NCBI GenBank assembly: GCA_951406725.2
Contig: OX597840.1
Coordinates: 9,610,001 to 9,674,000, forward strand
Reading direction: 5' to 3'
Length of the DNA stretch: 64,000 nucleotides
From: Octopus vulgaris
Lineage: Eukaryota
In this document: in pieces, positions 55,021 to 64,000 of the stretch
Layout: every line of letters starts with the position of its first letter
Position numbering within the stretch: position 1 is the first letter of the stretch
Notes under the pieces: model-generated
Seen by the model: only the letters and a program-made list of their open reading frames with translations
The model's database searches: none
What the model was told of the DNA's origin: nothing
Program-made: the position numbers and the translations under genes

Positions 55021-55394
55021 AGAAAACAAAAGATGAACACAGGTGTAGGAACAACAAGCACGTGTATTAGTTTAACGCTCGGGACGAATGGAAAAGTCCT
55101 TGACATTTCGAGCCTACGCTCTTCGGCAGAAAGTATTAAGAGGGGTAAAAAACGGTGATGGAAACAAAATGTGTAGGGAGTAATGGTTCAACATGATGAA
55201 ATAACCGGAAACGAGAGGCTGAATTAAAGGGAGAGAATAACGGTGACCCGTCCGAACGAAGTTGTGCAAGGGCGAGCGTGTATGTGAGAATGGTGTGTGT
55301 GTGTGTGTATGCATGTATGTCTGTATGAATGGGGGGTGAGTGCGTGAGTATGTATGTGTGGGCGAGCTAAAAATTATGTGGACCTGTGTGTGTG

Positions 55395-56425
55395 GATGTG
55401 CAGATGATACAAAAGTCTCTCAGAAGATACAGGACCCTGGCGATGTTGTGCATCTGCAACGGGAGTTGGACGCAATATGCAGGTGGAATGAGAACATAAC
55501 ATGCAGTTTAATGCTAGAAAATTCTAAGCCCTGGGCTACAAATGCATGAATCTGAAAGAAATGCTGACTATACTGGTGCAGAAGGGAATGCAATCCCTGA
55601 ATCAAAATCAGTTGGCGACCTGGCCATTGAGATGAGTAATGATGCATCTTTCCGGGTGCATATTACCAAGATGGCAATAAGATTCAGACGTTTGGCTGGA
55701 TGGATCTTGGAACTTTCAAAACGAGGGGACAGGAAACATTAATGGTCTTCAGGCGGGCATTTGTGCCCAGGTTTTGGGATTACTGATCCCAACTGTGGTC
55801 ACCACACAGTGTAAGAACATGTCAGAGACATCCAAATGTCGATTTGCCCATCAGAGAGCTTGATGAAAGAAATCGAAGCAATCCAGCGAACTACACAACT
55901 GATCCCAACTGTGGTCACCACACAGTGTAAGAACATGTCAGTGACATACAAATGTCGACGTACCCACCAGAGAGCTTGATGAAGGAAATCGAAGCAGTCA
56001 AGCGAACTACACAAAGACAACCGTCTGGATGCGGCATATCAGCTACTGAGAGAGACAGGAAAACTTAAGACTCTATTCCCTAGAATGAAGGCGGGAAAGA
56101 TATGCAGTGATATTCTTCTGGAAAAACCTAGAACTTGTACCAAACCGTTGTATTGAAAGTTACATAAACAGCGGAACGGTCACTGCATGGTGCCAAAGAT
56201 CTCAACATCGCCATCAGAATACAAGGCCAGATACTACAACAATTTGGGTTTCAAGGGCCCACAGCTCTTCAATACCCTCTCCGAAAAACCTGAGAGACTT
56301 ACATGGGGTGGATGTAGGCATCATCAAAACAAAACTGGATCTCTTGTTGAGAGTGCCTCGCGACAAGAAACGTGGATGAGGGCAGCAACGTGAAACTCTC
56401 TCATTCACCAGGAGGTTTCGTGAAG
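55395..56425 (+). mobile_element. Decayed CR1-group LINE (same family as 40414-41147) with a ~116-bp internal duplication
   Basis: ADDTKVSQKI..LQRELD..RRLAGWIL..SQLWSP..GFKGPQLFN; actgatcccaactgtgg at 55782 and 55898. Confidence 0.85.
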
Positions 56426-56674
56426 TGAAACTGTTGAGTAATTCTTTAGTAGAATGTTAAGCTGTTTCTATATATAAACATGATTTAAAAATGAAACATT
56501 GATGTACATATACGCATATATGCAACACACATACAAGCACACACGCACACACACACACACATATATATGTACATCTATATATACATATATATTTATATGT
56601 GTGCGTACATATATATATAAATACATACATACATATATATAGATATATACATACATAAAACACATATATATATA

Positions 56675-56765
<91 letters not shown>

Positions 56766-56943
56766 AGAGTTTACGAAAAATAAAACCAAAAGACGAAGAC
56801 AGGTGGTGTACAAAACAAACAGATGTATTAGTATAACGATCAGGAATAGAAAAAGCGTTTTACGTTTCGATACAACGCTCTTCTACAGAAAGGGACAAAG
56901 AAAGAAACAAAGAGAGAAACAAGGAGATAAAAAATGTATCATC

Positions 56944-57303
56944 GTGGCATTCCGTCGGTTACGACGACGAGGGTTCCAGTTGATCGATGAACAGCCTGCT
57001 TGTGAAATTAACTTGCAAGTGGCTAAGCATTCCACAGACACGTTTAAGCCTTGGTGTAGTTCTCGAGGAGATTCAGCGTGACACAGAGTGTGACAGGGCT
57101 GGCCCCTTTGAATTACAGGTACAACAGAAACAGGAAGAAAGAGTGACAGAAAGCTGTAGTGAAAGAGTACTGCAGGGTTCGCCACCACCCCCTACCGGAG
57201 ATTCGTGGAGCTTTTCAGTGCTTTCGCTCAATAAACACTCACAACGCCCGGTCTGGGAAACAAAACTTTGATCCTACAACCGCGAGTCCGCTACACTAAC
57301 CAT
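56944..57303 (-). mobile_element. SINE B (diverged)
   Basis: Homology to SINE B. Confidence 0.85.
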
Positions 57304-57307
57304 TATC

Positions 57308-57421
<114 letters not shown>

Positions 57422-57630
57422 CCTCGTGAGTACCGCTGGCGATTTTTTTCCTCTGTCTTCCCTTCGCTGGTTCTTTCCTTCTCCTATGTTTCCGACGAAG
57501 ATCTCCGCTCGAAACGTTAAACCCTCCTTCTTCCCTTCTTTCCTGAGCGTCCAATAATACTTTATTTGTTTCACGTCCTCGCGTTGTGTTTTTTTTTTGT
57601 TTTTTGTGTGTGTTTTCTTGTTTGGATGAA

Positions 57631-57671
<41 letters not shown>

Positions 57672-58005
57672 CTGATTCCCAAACGGAGTGAGGGTTTTTC
57701 ATATGCATACTCTACATATTCGTCCGTTTCTGGGTCTTATGTATTTCAATGATATCAATATTGATAATAATTGAACTTTTAATATCTACTTGCATTGTGT
57801 GTACGGAATATGCATACATATATGCGTACATACATACAAATCACATACATATATATTCATAGTACGGACACACAAATGTGCGTATATTTGTATATGCATA
57901 TATATATATATTTGTGTGTGTGTTTTTTTACGCACAAATATATGTATGTCCATGTGTATAGACGTATGCATAAACATGTTTGTATGTGCATGTGTGTGTA
58001 TGTGT

Positions 58006-58062
<57 letters not shown>

Positions 58063-58201
58063 AAGACGCGCGCACATATCGATAGATGGATAAATAGATA
58101 AGATACAGACGAACGTAAATTGCCATGTGTGCAGACATGCGCAAACACGTTCAGACACATACTTCGCACACAAATACAATGTGTACTGTGCGCATGTGTG
58201 A

Positions 58202-58256
<55 letters not shown>

Positions 58257-58472
58257 TGTGTGTGTATATGTATCTATCGGAGTATTTATGTAAATTTACT
58301 TGAGGTACAATATTACAATGTTGTTCCTTTCAACTTTTTTTAATAACCAAGATTTTTCATCTTCTTAGCAATCACCCTCTCCGCCTCTCCCTCTCCTTCT
58401 CTCCCTCTCCCTCTCTCTTTCTCTCTCTCACTTTCTTTGTCTTTCTCTTTCCCCCTCTCGCTCGTTATATCG

Positions 58473-58537
<65 letters not shown>

Positions 58538-58577
58538 CCTATCTATCTATCTATCTATCTGTCTGTGTGTCTGTCTG

Positions 58578-58623
<46 letters not shown>

Positions 58624-58652
58624 GATCGATCGATCTATCTATCTGTCTGTCC

Positions 58653-58736
<84 letters not shown>

Positions 58737-58737
58737 G

Positions 58738-58770
<33 letters not shown>

Positions 58771-58886
58771 ATATATATTTATACATACACATTTACATGC
58801 ATACATACATATACACACACACATACATATATATACACACACTGTCTCTTTCACTCCTTTACAATTTCTCTGTCTCTCTCTTTCAC

Positions 58887-58926
<40 letters not shown>

Positions 58927-59486
58927 CCCATTTATATTCTTCTCACTCTCAAATCAATACCAAACGGCCATTAAAGATGGCTCAGTTTTACTCATAAAGC
59001 TCCAATGTTTATAGGTGGCGCTATATGTGTCTCTGCGTGCGTATGCAAACGCTATTCAATATGTGTGCACGAGCGTGAGCATGTGTATACGAATGTGCAT
59101 ATATGTATGTGTGTATGTGTGACTGCGTACGTATATATATCTATATGTGTGTGTGTGTATTATATAAGTACTTTCGATTGCTTCACCCATGATAGTTTGT
59201 AGTCCTTTTTCCTACACCACCTCTATGCTTCAATAGTGTGTGTGTGTGTATGTGTATGTGTGTGTGAGTGTGTGTGTGTGAGTGTGTGTGTGAGTGTGTG
59301 TTTGTGTGTGTGTGTGTCAACGGGTATAATTTATTTTAGTTGTGTTGCTCTATATATTTAGAATCTCTAATTAGGGGGTCATAATACACCACACACACAC
59401 ACACACGCATATATATATTTATAATGCATATATTTATAATGTATGTATATATATATATACATACATTATAAATATATGCATTTTAA

Positions 59487-59538
<52 letters not shown>

Positions 59539-59557
59539 TATATATATATATACATAT

Positions 59558-59724
<167 letters not shown>

Positions 59725-59889
59725 CATATATACACACATTGATGCATCTTAAATATTGATTTAAAGTCAGTTTAAAAAACATTTCCTGGCAGTGAGGGGG
59801 ACTAAAACGTTTCCAGCAGAATCAAATGTAAATTCCGTTTTTCCTGGGACTTTACAATACACAACCATACACACATATAAACATTTGCA

Positions 59890-59940
<51 letters not shown>

Positions 59941-59992
59941 GTATCTGCATATAAATATATATAATCACACACACACACACACATACATACAT

Positions 59993-60337
59993 ACATCATC
60001 ATCATCATTGTTCGACCGTGGTCGAGACAATGGAATTTACCATGCTACGCCAGACTTCACGGTCCATCATGGCATTACGAAGGTCCTGTTGCTGGATGCC
60101 TGTATCCCTGGAGATTACATCAGGGTAGGAGAGTGTGCGCCCTCCGGTATTGCGAGTAGATGACTTCCAGAGGAGAAGAGTAGAAATTGCCTCGTTTTCA
60201 GCTCTACGACAATGTCCAGCAAACTGGACTCTCCTACCTTTCACAAGAGATGACACAGGTGGTAGTTTCCCATATATTTGTATTTTGGTTGGATGGCGCT
60301 TCCACGAGAGATTTTGAGGTCTCATAAGGAGAGCTCT
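59993..60337 (-). mobile_element. RTE/RTEX-like LINE 3' end with a (TGA)n tail
   Basis: [42 protein letters not shown]. Confidence 0.85.
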
Positions 60338-60400
60338 CATACATACATACATACATACATACATACATACATACATACATACATACATACATACATACAT

Positions 60401-60606
60401 GGAGTGTGCTGAAATATTCCTGGTTTAAGGTTTCGGGAAAGGCCCGGCGAGAGACCCACATTTCCGAGTTTTTGAGCAGGGCTTAGAAAAACTGAAAGAC
60501 TGCCATAAATGTGTGAATCTGAAAGGGGAATATGTTGAATAAAATCATAATTAACTGATCCTCCTCTATTTTCTTTACCCAAGGCCAAGAACTTTTCAGA
60601 CCCCCA
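60401..60606. mobile_element. mariner-derived MITE (related end at 42368-42550)
   Basis: TIR-like gtgctgaaatattcctgg / ccaagaacttttcagacccc; internal sequence shared with 42370-42500 in reverse. Confidence 0.65.
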
Positions 60607-60659
60607 TATATATATACTATGACTATGTATACACATTGATATATATATACATACATACA

Positions 60660-60691
<32 letters not shown>

Positions 60692-60692
60692 C

Positions 60693-60758
<66 letters not shown>

Positions 60759-61167
60759 ACCACATCGAAACAGACATCTTTTATAAACCTACAGATTCTA
60801 AACAATACTCATTATTTAACTCACGCCACCCCAAACACATAAAAATTAATATACCTTATAATCTAACGAGAGTGAGTGAAAAAGGTAGAGAGAGAAAGAG
60901 AGAGCAGGATAAAGAGGAGGATTGAATGCAGCACTGAAAAATTGCATATTGATGAAGAACCAGACACCGAAACGTCAATTTTTTTTTCAGCACCTTATAA
61001 TTTGAGGGATCAGGTTGTGGGGTACTGAAGAACATCAACAAGAACATATCCACTAGAAAATGTAGTCCTATGTACTCAATGTCTGAAATATATATGATGG
61101 TCACGGCTGGAAAATACTTGATTATTAATTTCATGAGGCATGAGTGGACATGAGGTTAAACAACCTT

Positions 61168-61715
61168 GACACCAACACTACCACCTCGTTCACCACCGCC
61201 AGCACCACCACCACTACCACCACCACTACTACCACAACCAACACTACCACCACTACCACCACTACCACCACCACCACCACCACCATCATCACCACCACCA
61301 CCACACCACCACCACCACCACCACCACCACTACCATCATCACTACCACTACCACCACCATCACAACTACCACTACCACCACCGCCGCCACCACCACTACC
61401 AACACCAACACCACTACCACCACCACCACAATCACCACTACGACCACCACCACCACCACTACGACCACCACCACTACCACCACCACCAACACCATCACTA
61501 CCACCACCATCACTACCACCACTACCACCACCACCACTACGACCACCACCACCACTACCACCACCACCACCACCACCACCACTACTACCACCACTACCAC
61601 CACCACTACCACCACCACCACCACCACTACCACCACCACCACCACCACCACCACCATCATCACTACCACCACCACTACCATCATCACTACCACTACCACC
61701 ACCACCACCACCACC

Positions 61716-61746
<31 letters not shown>

Positions 61747-61750
61747 CAAT
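61168..61750. repeat. (CCA)n/(CTA)n triplet mosaic
   Basis: Direct reading. Confidence 0.95.
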
Positions 61751-61922
61751 AAGAACAGTTCAATAACTGTGATACTCATTCTAAATTTATACAGACAGAG
61801 TTCAAATTACGCTGCGGCCAACATTGTTTGTCGTCGTTTCGAGGTCGATAAACAGAGTCCCAACTGGGTTGGTTCTCTGTTGGTCCTCAGCTCTCTATCT
61901 CTCTTGTTTTTCAACACAACAA

Positions 61923-61966
<44 letters not shown>

Positions 61967-62181
61967 ATAACAATAAGTGCCACAATGGCACCATTAACGC
62001 TGACAACAACATCAACGCTTTAATCAAATGAGAATAAATTAGCTGGCAACGTGTGTTTAATTACGGAGGTTTGAATCATTAATGGGATTAATGTCGGCCG
62101 TTGGCGAGAGGTGAGTCGGTGAAACATCTTCCCTTCTAACATATATATATACATATATATATATATACATGTATATTTGTC

Positions 62182-62221
<40 letters not shown>

Positions 62222-62228
62222 CATACAT

Positions 62229-62271
<43 letters not shown>

Positions 62272-62343
62272 GTATATATATATATATGTGTGTATATATA
62301 TATGTATATATATATATACGTATATATATATATATACACACAT

Positions 62344-62394
<51 letters not shown>

Positions 62395-62442
62395 TATATA
62401 TATACTTACATAAATATATATATATGTATGTATGTATATAAA

Positions 62443-62542
<100 letters not shown>

Positions 62543-63189
62543 CGTGTACAGATACGTGACGTGTACATAGAAACCATGTTACTTCGAGCAATGTCATCGA
62601 GGTTGAGACCACAACCAGAAAAAATTTAATATGTATTTATTCCATTGACAATAATCGTCGTATTTATTTAGTTTTAACTCAAATCCTTTCTTTCTTCCTT
62701 CCTTCCTTTCTCTCTTTCTTTCTTTCAATATTCTGCTCACGTTCCATTGTTTGTGACCTAATGTATAAGAATTAGTCCGTTCACCTCTCACGATAATTCG
62801 TTGTATGTGTATGTATGTATGTATGTATGTATGTATGTATGTATGTATGTATTTATGTATGTATGTATGTATGTATGTAAGTATGTATGTATGTATGTAT
62901 GTATGTATGTATGTATGCATGCATGTATGTATGTATGTAAGTATGTATGTAATGTATGTATGTATGTATGTATGTATGTATGTATGTATGCATGCATGTA
63001 TGTATGTATGTATGTAAGTATGTATGTATGTATGTATGTATGTATGTATGCATGCATGTATGTATGTATGCATGTATGTATGTATGTATGTATGTACGTA
63101 CGTATGTATGTATGTATGTATGTATGTATGTATGTATGTATGTATGTATGTGTGTGTGTATGTATGTATGTATGTATGTATGTACGCAT

Positions 63190-63741
63190 GTCAGGTCACT
63201 TTCGAGTGCTACTGGTAACATGTAACCCAGTAGAACCTGTTGCATGGTCGGGACGTCGGCGACTAAACCGGCAACCCCACCAAGCTTGCTTGGTGAGGAG
63301 GATGTGTATTGGACACTCTGCCGGATGAAAAACAAAACCCGTCAAAGGGCGGAGGAACTCTTGAGAGTCAACGGCCATCCAATAAATGTCTTAAGGATGT
63401 ATCATGCGCGGAGACATAGAAATAATCGGACTGAATACCCGATCGCACGGTAAAACCATTGGGAGTGAAGGACTCCTAGCCTTTGTTAGGGCATCCTTCT
63501 AGGAGAAGGTAACTCAGGTAACTAGGATAACTCCGACATAAAACCTGCGGCTCAGTGGTTACCGATGATGTTGACTTGTTCTTCTTTTCGGATTATGGCT
63601 GCTGTTGCTTAGTGAGTGGGATTGACTCTGTGCACAGCCTTTCCTCACTTTAAAAAAATCTTCTTGCACAGGCATTGCACGATAACAACATTGATTAAGC
63701 TTCGTGCAATGGCTATACTCGATAACGAGGGAGCAGCCACC
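63190..63741 (+). mobile_element. TSD-bounded 552-bp non-autonomous retroelement with an RTE 3' tail
   Basis: 10-bp TSD atgtacgcat (63180-63189 and 63742-63751); 63695-63739 is nearly identical to 14341-14385. Confidence 0.85.
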
Positions 63742-64000
63742 ATGTACGCATTGTAATTGCAGAGTTCATATCTCTTTTTAAATAACTATTTGAGTACTTT
63801 GTACACCAGTGCACTCCCCCGTTTCAACCACGTTGGTTTGATCAGGTCGTTGATGGCAGTAACAGGCTGTCGGACAGAAAGAAAATATTTTCTTTTCTTA
63901 GCCACAGGATGAAGACGATTCAAACCAAAAAGAGAGGAATTTTGCGAGGAGAACTTGTCCCGGCTTCAGTCCCACTGCGCGGCGCCTTGCACTACTGTCT

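Noticed and set aside
61852-61882. miRNA-like hairpin aacagag..ccaac/gttgg..ctctgtt
   Set aside because: Only 12 paired bases; too short.
61131-62023. Formin/extensin-like Pro-rich, Gly-rich or His-rich protein
   Set aside because: A (CCA)n mosaic open in most frames, with no flanking domain or convincing exon structure.
62105-62116. Consensus splice donor GAG|gtgagt
   Set aside because: No convincing upstream open exon; such motifs occur by chance in 64 kb.

Overview
Eukaryotic, AT-rich and extremely repeat-dense DNA. The mix of tRNA-derived SINEs, RTE/CR1/R4/L1/Penelope fragments and (TA)n/(TATG)n/(TAA)n tracts is most consistent with an intronic or intergenic region of an octopus-like (coleoid cephalopod) genome; this taxon call is an inference. 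No intact host gene can be supported. Almost all ORFs in the track are microsatellite translations or decayed transposon fragments, and there are only weak candidate exons (85-260 and about 5001-5990). The window is a nested transposon landscape with three abundant tRNA-like SINE groups (called A, B and C here), many insertions with exact target-site duplications (TSDs), LINE remnants of at least five clades, Tc1/mariner, hAT, pogo-like and Merlin/MULE-like DNA elements, a Helitron and LTR remnants. Most notable: (i) SINE A repeatedly occurs as one head plus n x 184-bp bodies, up to 10 inside a single TSD, always joined at the loop of an anticodon-position hairpin; (ii) SINE heads and tails are shuffled, and two LINE tail donors are visible in the same window; (iii) a TSD-bounded 552-bp noncoding element carries an RTE 3' tail; (iv) about 11 Penelope-type minimal hammerhead-like motifs. 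Coordinates were read by eye and may be off by a few bases.
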